The notes beneath the pieces are model-generated. The model made no database searches. It was not told the DNA's origin and was given only the letters and a program-made list of their open reading frames with translations. A DNA stretch of 64,000 nucleotides from NCBI RefSeq assembly GCF_009914755.1, contig NC_060927.1. One strand, written 5' to 3'. The position numbers were made by a program, and so were the translations under genes. Every line of letters starts with the position of its first letter. Positions within the stretch are counted from its first letter, which is position 1. The stretch is from the human T2T-CHM13v2.0 reference genome, Homo sapiens. Shown here piece after piece: positions 15,225-30,626 of the stretch.

Positions 15225-15930
15225 CAGTCCTTGCTTATCTGAAGTTTCACTTTCCGTAGCTTCTGTTACACCTGGTCAACCACAGTCCAAAAATATTAAA
15301 TGGAAAATTCCTGAAAGAAACAATTCCTAATTCTTAAGTTGTACACTGTTCTCAGCAGCATGATGAAATCTCATGCTGTCCCACTCTATCCCACCTAGGA
15401 CACGAATCTTCCCTTTGTCCAGTGTATCCATACTGTATATGCTACTGGCCCATTAATCACTTAGTAGCTAACTTGGTTATCAGTGCTTGTGTTCAAGTAA
15501 CCCTTATTTTATTTAAAAACAGCCCCAAAATGCAAGAGTAGTGATGCTGGCAATTCAGATATGCCAAAGAGGAGCCATAAAGAACTTCCTTGAAGCGAGA
15601 CAGTAAAAGTTCTCAGCTTAATAACGAAACAAAACAAACTGTATGCTAAAGTTGCTAAGTCCTACAGTAGGAACAAATCTTATATTTGTGAAATTGTGAA
15701 GGAAAAAGAAATTTGTGCTTGTTTTGCTGGTGAACCTCAAACTGCAAAAGTTGCGGCCACAGGGCATGATAAATGCTTAGTAAATATGTAAAAGGCATTA
15801 CATTTGCGGGTAGAAGGCATAAACAGAAACGTGTTTCGGTCAGCAGCAATCGGGTTGTGTGCTAGCCGCTGTTTCTGGTATCCAGTGGGGGTTTTGGAAT
15901 GTATTCCCCTTGGATAAGAGGGAACTACTG
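15225..15930 (+). mobile_element. Tigger7/MER44-type DNA transposon
   Basis: Terminal inverted repeats cagtcc..cttatc and ggataagagggaactactg followed by TA; internal tcagatatgccaaagagg...gaaggaaaaagaaattt Tigger7 sequence. Confidence 0.85.
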
Positions 15931-15953
15931 TATAGGTTTAAAATGATGACTTG

Positions 15954-16056
15954 GGTCAGGTGTGGTGGCTCATGCCTGAAATCCTAGAATTTGGGGAGAG
16001 TGAGGCAGGCAGATTGCTTGAGCTCAGGAGTTCGAGAGCGGCCTGGGCAACATGAT
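15954..16056 (+). mobile_element. Alu left monomer fragment
   Basis: ggtcaggtgtggtggctcatgcc...cctgggcaacat. Confidence 0.85.
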
Positions 16057-16362
16057 ACGAACAAGATATCAGAAAAATATAACTGAGTTGCAGACCACAT
16101 CCACACCATCTGAACCTCCATGAGAACTCAGATTACAGGACTTTACCATTTAATCAGTCTTCTTTTTAACAACACTGCATATCTGGGATATGTTTCCCAC
16201 TATTAACCCAGTTCCTACAGTGAATGTGAGCTTTATCTCAGCTATATTGACATGACCTGGAACTCTGACCTGGAACTCTTTAGCCATAACAAACATGTGA
16301 ATCAGAAAAGTTGACTAGTGTTTGTTAGTGTTGACATTATTTTGGTCTATATAAACACTTAC

Positions 16363-16451
16363 CTCTTTGACGCTATGTGTTACTGCCCATATTAGAAAAA
16401 CTCTTGACATCACCTGGAAAGAAGTCAGGACAACAGAAGATGGAACAATTC
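16363..16451 (-). CDS. HACD2: HACD2 internal coding exon (probably exon 4), 89 nt
   Basis: Minus strand reads tttctttcag|GAATTGTTCC...GTCAAAGAG|gtaagt. It translates (G)[29 protein letters not shown], matching my recollection of human HACD2. Phase 1 start is compatible with the 19-nt exon (19+89=108 nt). Confidence 0.96.
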
Positions 16452-16957
16452 CTGAAAGAAATTTTGGGATGGATAAATAAATGTACTGTACTAAGTTTCG
16501 ATATATAATATATTTTCTAAAACATTCCAACTTAAATGTTTAGAGTCAAAACGGTCTTGAGCAACTGAAAGGTGTCTATATTGTTACACAGACTAAGTTT
16601 TCAATGTAGTCCACATTAAAACAAAGTTTTCTCCCTAAAAACAATAATATTTTTAATGGTATTATAAAACCATGGGATCCAGGTACCTTTCTTAAACCTC
16701 TCAAAACCACTGACCAAGTACAGTATTTTTTACACTTACTGTATAGATGGAGAAAGCAAAACCACTACCTAATCTTTAAAATAAGACTCATTTTACAATA
16801 CGGGTTTCAAAACAAATAGGAAACAAAGGATGAGAAATCAATCCTATTTGTGTCTAATGAGTGCTGGAAGCTCATGGACATCAGACTTGATACACTATCT
16901 AATGGTTAAGTTAGGTATCTTTTATTATCTACTTGAATATTTTGCCAACAAGCATAA

Positions 16958-17765
<808 letters not shown>

Positions 17766-18229
17766 TTATATAATTGTGTAATACAGCTAACAGAGCTAAT
17801 TAGTAAGTCAAACATTTAGTGAATATATTTAGCCAGATCACACTTAGATGGGACAATATGCAGTTGTGGATTTCCTCTAGAAACCAATTTAAAAAAAAAA
17901 ATATATTGAAGATGGAAAGCTCATATACTGCAAAACAAGGCTTATGTTTTAAGCCATTCTTGTAAAATAATGTTTAATATTTAGGAAAATGGCAGAATTG
18001 TACTCTTCCATATTTCTATTATAATAGACCTATTTTGAAAATCATATTTTGCTTATTAACATGTTAAGTTTCATTTTGCTGGGAGAGGGGGATTAATGAG
18101 GTTGAAGCAATAACTACCTAGGCACCTGTAAGGAAAGCACCCATATAGAGGAAGCCTTTGATTTCTTTGATTTCAAACAAACAAACAAACAAAAAGTAAA
18201 AAGAAAAGAACTGAGAATTAAAGGATTTC

Positions 18230-18827
<598 letters not shown>

Positions 18828-18829
18828 AA

Positions 18830-19122
<293 letters not shown>

Positions 19123-19244
19123 CTAAGAGTAACTTTAAACAAATGGAACTAGAAGGTCTAGGGGCAAAAACTGCAATTCAGCTGAACACAGGTTTATTAA
19201 TTATTCCCTCTCCACTATAAATCACCCTTCTCTAGGGAATATAA

Positions 19245-19581
<337 letters not shown>

Positions 19582-19699
19582 AACAGTGTTTTTCTTAAAA
19601 ATGCTTTAGTATCCACACACACACACAACGATTTATTTAGTGTATTTCTCACCAGTCTTTTCCTCTAAGCATATTTTAAACCAGTTTAACTTCTACTGT

Positions 19700-20095
19700 T
19701 TATATTGTTTTTGCTTTTCTCATTTAACATTTTAAGAATTTTCCTTCTCTTCTTCAAAAGATTTTAGCTTAAATCATGATATTCCTTTGAGTTAATATGT
19801 TTGTTTATTCTCCTTCTGTGGGACATTTAAATTGCCTCGAATTTCTTGATACTATAAATGAAGTAATGAAGCATTACAAATAACACTCAAAATTCGAGGC
19901 TTAGACCTTTTTTTAAAAAAAGGATTATTTCCTTGGGACATTTTCCCAGAAGTAGAAGTACTAGGTCAAATGGCATGAATGTTTTTAAGGCTCTTGAAAT
20001 GTATTGCCAAACTGCTTTCTAAGAAGTTTATTACCAATTTATACTCCCACCAGCAATATACAAAAGTGCCTGTCTTAGCACACCTTTGGCAGTAA
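19700..20095 (-). mobile_element. Old L1 (L1ME-like) fragment
   Basis: ggacatttaaattg...ctaggtcaaatggcatg...accaatttatactcccaccagcaatata, antisense L1 ORF2-end motifs. Confidence 0.7.
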
Positions 20096-20519
20096 ATTTA
20101 AATCTTAATAAGTAGTGAACAAAAAGCTGATCAATACTTTCTAATTGAAGTAGATGTCAAGATGTTTCTGGCCTTGCCTGCAGGTGCTTCTACCGTTCTC
20201 TATCCAGTGAACTCGCCTACTTAGACACCTTAATTTTCCCCAAATCATGTCATTCAGACCAACTGTCACTTAGTTTCTCTGTAGCATAGACAACTACTTC
20301 AACCAGTCACCCAGCAAACAGCAGTTCAGGCCCTCACCTGACAGCACAATCTCGAAATGCCTGCTCTACTGGACCAGTCAAAAGGCCAAGAGCTCTATCC
20401 CTGAATTTAAGCTAAAGAACAGATGGCCACATAGATGGGCATTATCTCAGCTCTGAACAGAGCTGGCATCACCAAGTTGGGCTTATCATTATTATCAGGT
20501 GAATTTCATAAGAAACTAA

Positions 20520-20829
20520 GGCCAGGCACAGTGGCTTACGCCTGTAATCCCAGCACTTTGGGAGGCTGAGGTGGGCAGATCACCTGAGGTCCGGAGTTTG
20601 AGACCAACCTGGCCCCTGGCCAACATGGTGAAACCCCGTCTCTACTAAATACAAAAATTAGCCGGGCGTGGTGGCAGTCGCCTGTAATCCCAGCTACTCG
20701 GGAGGCTGAGGCAGGAGATCTCTTGAACCCGGGAGCAGAGTTTGCAGTGAGCCGAAAACGTGCCACTGTACTCCAGCCAGGGTGACAGAGTGAGACTCCG
20801 TCTCAAAAAAAAAAAAAAAAAAAAAAAAA
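20520..20829 (+). mobile_element. AluS
   Basis: Full-length Alu with long A-tail. Confidence 0.95.
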
Positions 20830-21070
20830 GACTGTCAAACAGTATTAATATTACCTTATTTGCCGTAGGAATGGTGTACAGTATAATGTCCACCCTATCA
20901 CTCAAAGCCTCTCATACAGGTAGGAAATTTGTTTTAGAGCTCAATGTTAAGAAAGGTTTGCTCCTTTCCAATAATAAGAATTATATAACTCTGTCACCCT
21001 CTTTAACTTGGTAGCCAGAAACCTTCACGCTAGATCTGAAGCATACTATAGTGTGATATTTTGTGTATGA

Positions 21071-21408
<338 letters not shown>

Positions 21409-21999
21409 CAGATAGATCCTCTTTCTTTCTGGCACTTCTTGCAGTCAATCCCACTGTTTTTGCATTTACATGCCATTACTTCTTATTTGAACACAATGGC
21501 ATAGCATGTTAAAACCAAAACTACAGATATTTTTATTGTTGGCTACTTAAATTGGTTATTTACAGATGACAGAGACATTCTGGAATCTTACTAGTAAACT
21601 CTCACTAGCCTAAAATTCATTCAAAAAAGATGTACCAGACATCTACTATTTGTTAATATTTGTGGAGCGCCTACTCTGTGCCAGATACCACTCTCCACAC
21701 TGGGGATGCAAAGGGAAGACAGTGTCCCTGGTGAGCTCACACTCCCAGGCTATGACTGATATGTTTTAGCGTAGTTCTCAAAAATAAGACTTTTTCCTGA
21801 AGGTGATGAGGGGTGACCAAACATTTGTAAACAGGAGGACAGCATGATTACAACTTGGTTTCAGAAAGATATCTCTGTCAGCAGTGCAAATCTTTGGCAA
21901 GGCAAGGTTATAACTTGAGAAATAGTTATGGGAATTTATGTTGAAAGGGCAATGAACTTTTGAAGCAAAAACACTGGCAGATAAAAGAAACATAGTGGA

Positions 22000-22024
22000 G
22001 TGTGTGTGTGTGTGTGTGTGTGTG
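22000..22024. repeat. (TG)n microsatellite
   Basis: About 12 GT units. Confidence 0.95.
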
Positions 22025-22230
22025 AAGCAAAAGCTGTATAAAGGGGATCTGGCAATTGGTTGCTTGCTTCCCCAGAATGAGGGTGCTCTGAGGACTCCCC
22101 AAACCACTGAGCCCTGCAAAGCTGAGCAGCACTAGAAATCCTCCCTGCCTGGTGCAACCTTCAGATGGGGCAGGTTAGTGAAGTTGGGAGACTGGCTATA
22201 CCTGACAAAGACCAGGTTGACAGTTGAGTA

Positions 22231-22769
22231 CAGTCATGCACCACACAATGGCATTTCGGATAACGACGTACTGCATATATGATGATGGTCCCATAAGACT
22301 ATAATGGAGCTGAAAAATTCCTGTTACCTAGTAATGTCCATTGTTAACATTATAATGCAACTCATTACTCATATGTTTCTGATGGTGCTGGTATAAACAA
22401 ATCTAGTGTGCTGCTAGTCATATAAAAATAGTCATATAAAAATATAGCATGTCATATAAAAGTCATATAAAATATAGCACAGTACATTATATACAGTACA
22501 TAATACTTGATAATAAACGACTATGTAACTGGTTTATGTATTTACTATACTATAATTTTTATTGTTAGAGTATAGTCCTACTTACTTAAAAAAAAGTTAA
22601 GTGTAAAACAGATTTAGGCAAGTCCTTCAGGAGGTATTCCAGAAGAAGGCATTGTTATAGGAGATGGCAGCTCCATGTGTGTTAGTGCCTCCGAAGACCT
22701 TAAAGTGGGACACGATGTGGAGGCAGAAGACAGTGATAGTGATGATCCTGTCCCTATGTAGACGTAGGC

Positions 22770-22802
<33 letters not shown>

Positions 22803-23335
22803 TTAGTTTTTAACAAAAAAGTTTTAAAGAGTAAAAAAAGAAATTAAAAATAGGAGAAAGCTTATAGAATAAGGACGTAAAGTATTTCTGTACAGCTATA
22901 CAATGTATTTGTATTTTAAGCTAAGAGTTTTACAAAAAGCAAAAAAGTTAAAGAAAATTAAGCTTATGAAGTAAGAAGGTTACAATAAGCTAAGGTTAAT
23001 TTATTATTGCAGAAAGAAAAATATATTTTATAAATTTAGTAGCCTAAGTGTACAGGGTTCATAAAGTCTACAGTAGTACACAGCAATGTCCTAGGCCTTC
23101 ACATTCTCTCACCACTCAATGATTCATCCAGAGCAACTTCCAGTCCTGCAAGCTCCATTCATGGTAAGTGCCATTTTAAATCTTGTATACCATACTTTTA
23201 CTGTGCGTTTTCTATGTGTAGATACACAAATACCACTGTGCTACACCTGTCGTACAGTCCAGTAACCTTCTGTAGAGGCTTATAGCCTAGAAGCAACAAG
23301 CTAGACCATATGGCCTAGGTGTGTAGTAGGCTAAC
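22231..23335 (+). mobile_element. Tigger3b/MER7-type DNA transposon, 3' end missing, contains (TG)n at 22771-22801
   Basis: TA+cagtcatgcaccaca...ggtcccataagactataatggagctgaaaaattcctg start; internal ccttcaggaggtattccagaagaaggcattg. Confidence 0.85.
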
Positions 23336-23859
23336 ATGATAACAAGAGAAATCAGATCACAGAATCTCCCTAACCAAATACAAAATATACTGAATCTAAA
23401 GTAATAACATTAAATCACAACAACAGCAACAACTACAAAAATTACCAGCAGCAACCAAAAAGCAATAGGTACAACTTAATGCCATGTATTTTAAAACATG
23501 CTAGTCAGGACAAGAAAGAGATTATGGCACAGTCTCTTCCCCCAAAAGTAATATTGGTGAATCAACAAAATCCTGAATGTTTATTAATGAGCCAGATTTG
23601 GAGAGAAATACAAATTTCTGGATAGAGTGTGACAGAACTGGAGGCTGAACAGCAATGGTGAAGTGGGGGAAGTGACTAACTAGCAGCCACCTCATCCATG
23701 CTGAGCCTTCCAGGCCCCACACTGAGTCGGAGACTGATACAAAATTCTCTATGGGAACCAGGGACACTTCCTTCAGGGTTGAGGAATCCTACAACAGGGC
23801 AATTAAATCTCAGAACAGAAAGCAGTGCCCACATATTTAATACATAGCTCATTCATGTT

Positions 23860-24150
23860 GCTTAAGATTCAAGAAGTATAAGAAGATACACAGAGAAAAT
23901 TCTCCCTCCCAATCCCATCACTACCCAGGTCCCTTTTCCACAGGTAACCAATTATTAATTCCTTGTCTAGCATTCAGAGATAAAGTATATAAAGCAAATA
24001 TGTAGGTGAATGTATAAAGACATATTTATATACATTCTTTTTTCAATTTTTTATATAAAGGAAGAATTTTATACACATTCTTCTATACCTTGCTTTTCTT
24101 CCCTTAAAATTTATCCTGAAGATCTTCCTATATCAATATGTAAATTTTAA
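23860..24150 (-). mobile_element. Old L1 3' UTR fragment (L1ME-like)
   Basis: cccttttccacaggtaaccaattattaattccttg...tatacacattcttctataccttgctttt. Confidence 0.6.
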
Positions 24151-24399
24151 TGACTGAGGCTTTATAATGTTTTTATAACCATACACTCTCCTAACCTGTA
24201 CCCCCATGTCCTCAGGGTGTAGAAAAATGTGTAAAACAGAAAAATTCAAATCCTTAAATTGTAGCTCAGAGGGGAGAACAACTGAATCTTCAATACTGTG
24301 GAAATGCAGGCAGGGAGAATTTGGTAATACCTCTATCAGAGCAAATAAAATTGCTGGACAGAACTGCTAACACTTCAACAAGATGAAGAGACATGGCAA

Positions 24400-25270
24400 C
24401 AACACAAACAGAATACAAGAAAGCAAGGAAACAAAAGGAAACCACCCATTGCATCCAGGGGGAAAGTCAAAGATTAAAGCAACTGGAAGATACTATGGAA
24501 AACGAAGACAACCCAACATAAGGATAACTGTTATCCCCAACGACGGGGATGCAACATGGAACAGAAACCTGAAATGAAAAAACTAAATCTGCACTGAAAG
24601 AATACACCGTGTTCCACATAACAACTGATAGTGAATGACTAAAACTGAGAAATTTCTTGGTTACAAAAATAATACTTCAGAGATCCAGACCAAAAAAATT
24701 ACCTATAAAGTAGTAAAAACTCAGCCTGAGTTTAGACTTCTCCATAGCAACATCCAAAGTAAGAAGGCAATGAAGCAACACTATAAAGGTCTGAGTCAAA
24801 GAGAGTATGTTCGAGGATATCATACCCACTCAAGAGGTCATTTCAATACTACAATAAGGCAAAAGGTAGACATCACCAAATGTGAAAGAACTTCACGTAT
24901 AATGCTTATGTGACCTTGAGAAACACAAGCTGTCAGAAACTCAGCCAAATGAAATAAATCAAAATAAAGAACTCAGGAATGGAGAAGTCATAATAAAAAT
25001 GCCCATGGTGGGCACTAAATCCATTCAAATATAATATTAAGACTAAACAATTCTGGTAATTATGGTCATAGACTATATTATAAATGCTATGAACAATAAT
25101 AAATTAATAACAATTTAAAAATAGGAGTGAGGGAAGAGATACTAATTTCCTTAACAGAATTAAGAATATTGTCTAAATGTCCTTAATAGAGTTAAGAGAT
25201 GTTATGTAAAATGAAAATATAGGTAAACATAATTTGAATCTAGAATTTTCATAACTTTTTTCTTATATCT
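24400..25270 (+). mobile_element. Ancient L1/HAL1 ORF1-like fragment
   Basis: acccaacataaggataactg (ORF1 N-I-R-I motif; ORF 24383 has QPNIRITVIP) and tttagacttctccatagcaaca. Confidence 0.55.
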
Positions 25271-25286
25271 TTTAGCAAATAGTGTT

Positions 25287-25564
25287 GCCAGGCATGGCAA
25301 TCCCGGATCTTTGGGAAGCCAAGGTGAGACAATCACTTGAGTCCAGGTGTTTGAGACCAGCCTGGATAACAGTGAGACTCCACATCTACAAAAATTTTTT
25401 TAAAAAATAGCCGGGCATGGTAGCATGTGTCCGTAATCCCAGCTACTCAGGTTGAGGTGGGAGGAACGCTTGAACCAGGAGTTTGAGGCTGCATTGAGCT
25501 ATGATGGCACTAACTGCACTCCAGCCTGGAATGACAGTGAGACTCTATCTCAAAACAACAACAA

Positions 25565-25600
<36 letters not shown>
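25287..25600 (+). mobile_element. AluJ with (CA)n tail (25567-25600)
   Basis: Diverged Alu followed by about 17 CA units. Confidence 0.9.
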
Positions 25601-25602
<2 letters not shown>

Positions 25603-27252
25603 TAAAAAAAAGTTTTAAAATTTTTTTTTGATGAATAATGTTTTTAATGAAAAATGTCTTTTTCATGATAGTATAAGCTATGTCTGTCTGCCTACTTTTT
25701 CTTTCTCATATTAATATACATGTGAAGAGAATGCTCTCTGGAATGACATTTAACTAATACTAATGAAGATTAGCCCTATTGATAGAATTTAGAATAATTT
25801 TAAACTCTCCTCTTTATACTTTTCCACACTGCCTACTTTTAAAGAACACAAATTAAATTTTCAAAATTAAAAAAATCATTATTCTTAACAATAAATTAAA
25901 CTTTTGGCACTAGCAAAAAGATAATTCTAAAAGTGAACCACTTATAATCTTAAACAGGAATTTTCTTTCTTTCTGTTAGAGTACAAGCTAATCTCAGGGT
26001 AACAGAAAATATTTCTGACCAAAATGGAGAAGGATGGGATATAAAACAGGAGCCGGAGCAGATTCAAACACCATGGGACTCAGAAAAGAGGATGGCTGGT
26101 GTTTTCAGGGGACTGACAGAGGGCAATTCTCTTTTCTTTTTTCCCAGAACATAGAAAACTGGCCATGTCTCTTGGGGTTGCAGCTCCCGACCACCCCCAG
26201 AAAGCAATATTCAATAAATTTCACATAACCACACTTAGGTTATTGGGCTCCGACAAAAGAAATTTGTCTTAGACTGAAATCAATAGCAAAACTATGGTAT
26301 TTATAAGTTCTGTGGATTTCCTTGAAGTTGGCATTCTGAAATATGTACTAAACTTTAAAAGGGCATTATATTTTCTTTGTGCTAAAAGGATAGTGTTACT
26401 ACATATATTCATGCTTAATTGTAATGAAACAGAAATGAATATTAAAGGAGAAACATAAGAAATCAAGTATATTGATACTTCAGGTGTCATCATTGGTAAG
26501 AAGTGTGGGGCTAGATTGAAATCTTTTCCATTTAAGTGACAAAACTAAGTACAGAGGTGCTTCTCTAACTAGGGCATGCATACCCAAAAGATGTAACAGT
26601 GGTGTCCAATCCAGTGACATCCTACTAGTGGTCAACTTACTCAAACTCAGCTATACGAACTCAACCAAAACAAAATGAACAGAAAAATAACTTAGTGTGA
26701 GCAACTGCACCCAGCATTTTACGATGTGAGTATGTGCACCAGAATGAATGGTGGTCTTAGGTCCCCTGGCCTCTCAGCATGATGATTGTGATGTTACTGT
26801 TCTTTATACTATCTTTGGATAATGTAATTTTAATATAGTTCCTAAATGAGAGCCAATTATATCATATGGCATTCAAATGAAGGAAGAACGAACACTTTCA
26901 ACTGGAGAATAAAGCAGCTGTGCTAGACTTACTAGGAGCTGATACTAAGTTGCACTGTGATGTACGAGTAATTTAAATTTAAGGTATTTTTCATAGGAAT
27001 TTTACCCCTACATAAGCAATTCTACTTCAGAAGATATAGCCACTGGATATATACAGTATATCTTCATGGAATATTGATTTTCCCTGAAAACTTTGGGGGA
27101 AATCCATTTTTACATTAAATAGATAAAAGGGGACCCAAAGGTGCCTCATTTAAGGAAGGCTACCTTGCCTTTACTCTCAAAACCTTCTGGGGCGAAATTA
27201 TATTCCCCATTGGTGTTTAGAAAACTTGGGAAGAAAAGCTGAAAGAGCACTA

Positions 27253-27582
<330 letters not shown>

Positions 27583-27794
27583 CGTATGGTAGAAGTCAGG
27601 CTCAGGGAAAATAAGGGTAAAAACAATAATTTAAAATCATGAGAGAAATTAATACCTAAACAAATGCAGAGAAGGCCTGTGCACCTGTTTGAGGTGGATC
27701 ACAAACTTGGCTCTGAGCTCCTTTACAACCAATACAATGAGAGAAAATAATCCAGTTGTACAATTCATAGGGTCCATGAAAGAAATAAAACCTG

Positions 27795-27899
27795 GGCTGG
27801 GCGCGGTGGCTCATGCCTGTAATCCCAACTCTTCAGGAGGATCACTTGAGTTCAGGAGTTTGAGACCAGCCTGGGAAACATGGCAAGGCCTCGTCTCTA

Positions 27900-27935
<36 letters not shown>

Positions 27936-28112
27936 CAGGCATAATGGTGTCTACCTGTAATCCCAGCTACTCAGGAGGCTGAGACGGGAGGATCACTGAG
28001 CCTGAGTCTGAGGCTACAATGAGCCATGATCACGCCACTGCACTCCAGCCTAGGGGACGGAGTGAGACCCTGTCTAAAAAAAAAAAAAAAGAAAAGAAAA
28101 GAAAGAAAAAAA
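27795..28112 (+). mobile_element. AluJ with expanded central A32 linker
   Basis: A-run 27902-27933 between the monomers. Confidence 0.92.
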
Positions 28113-28968
28113 TCCTGGTGCTTGGTTTTTTGAGCCGTGTTCCTATATATTAATGACTTTGCTGTACTGGTTTCTAGTTCACTGGATGTACTTTATTCAT
28201 TTTCTTTTCTACTTCCTCCATTTCAGACGGCCAGCTGTCCAAATATCTGCCACTAGCATCTTACTCATCCACTTATTGAAGTTCTTACAGGTAAAAAATA
28301 ATAAATTGGTTTCAAGAGAGGGCCCAGAGACCTCTTAAGGGAATGACTTTTTTGAAAGCTTTCTCGAACATTCAGAGCCTCCTCACTTGCTTGTTTACTT
28401 TTGAGGTCTCCACTCTGAAAGTCTAACCTCTGAATGAGAGCAAAATATAGACATGAAATAAATGACACATATTTCCTTTCTGAAGATAACTTAAAAGGGT
28501 GTCACGTTTTGAAAAAGATGAAAATGTGAAGATAATAGATGTCATTCTCTGAGAGGACACAGTGAGTCAATTGTAAGTCATGGAAACTTACTCAAATCTC
28601 TGTATTATAGTTAGCATTCCAATAGGAAATTCCCACCCTATTATTTTTATTGTTTATGGAATACCAGTGTTTTAAACCAGATTGTTAATTAGAGCCTTGA
28701 AATATGAATGGTTCATATGTATTTCACCAGCAAGAGCACATCACAGACAGTTTTTTTTTAATTAGTAAAACTGTCAGGGCCGAACAAAATTGAACTTTTA
28801 AAAAACAGTTGAACTATTATATATATCATCACTTTTTGCTAACTTATACTAATAACCCATAAGTACCTTGAATGCTGGATAAAAAAATTATTAGTATTTC
28901 TATTTTAAAAATTTATCAAATACTGTTTCAATATACTTTTGAAAACTTTTTTATGCAAAGCTTTTTCA

Positions 28969-29283
<315 letters not shown>

Positions 29284-29885
29284 CTAATAGCCACTTTCTT
29301 GAAATAACACAAGATCTAATAAACAACAAGGTTGAGAGAATAAGTCATTTTCTCTTGACTCTACTAAACCAGCGATCGCAGGATTTCACTTAAGCAAACC
29401 AAGAAATATACTCCTATTGGCAATGTTCCTTCTTCAGAGTTCTACCAAACTATGTGGGGCAGGGAAAGAAGACTGGAGATAATATTTAGCTGTACTAGAA
29501 GGTTGTGAAAAAAGGCATCCATGGGAAAGATTCTCTATGTAAGAGAGCAAGGAACTGCTGGGGTTAAATATGGTGCTTTTTTACTAAGAAAATGTTGGCT
29601 GTCAGAGTTGGAAAGGATCCAAGCAATCAAGTTCAATTCAACACTTGATAGATGTGAGGTTGGGAGAAGGTAAAGTGACTTGCCAAGCTTACATAGATAG
29701 TTCAATATAACAAATTGGTATGTACGTTTAACATTTGGTGGTCACTCTCTAAGAAGGTAAATTAATGGTCTTTATATAACTAGGACAAAATCAAATATTT
29801 GCAACCAATGTTTGAAATGTTCACAATGTAAAATGCTTGCAACCAATATGACAACAGATTAACATTTAAAGTATATAAAGAATAC

Positions 29886-30334
<449 letters not shown>

Positions 30335-30537
30335 TTATGATTTTTCTATAAGTAACTTAGTGAATATTAAAAAAGAATCATAATACCCAAATGCTGGTAC
30401 TATGTTGAAACAACCATACTCACATTTTGCAAATGGGCACAATCCTTTGGGAATTCAATCTGGTAATATTATTTAAGAGTTAAAAGAATATTCATATGTT
30501 TTGAATTAGTCATTACACATAAAGATGTATGCTAAAC

Positions 30538-30626
30538 GCATAAGCCAAAGACTAAAACATCTATCTATCAACAGAGATGCCAACGGCATAAGCCAAAGAC
30601 TAAAGAGTGTATATATCGACACAGAC
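30538..30626. repeat. 48-bp-period duplication with an exact 19-bp core
   Basis: gcataagccaaagactaaa at 30538-30556 and 30586-30604, within old L1 sequence. Confidence 0.85.

Noticed and set aside
16315-16530. Full 71-aa ORF as a stand-alone gene
   Set aside because: Only 16363-16451 is exon; the flanking residues are intronic read-through.
30538-30626. Repeat-spacer-repeat resembling a mini CRISPR
   Set aside because: Only two repeats, the 'spacers' are homologous to each other, and the context is human L1.
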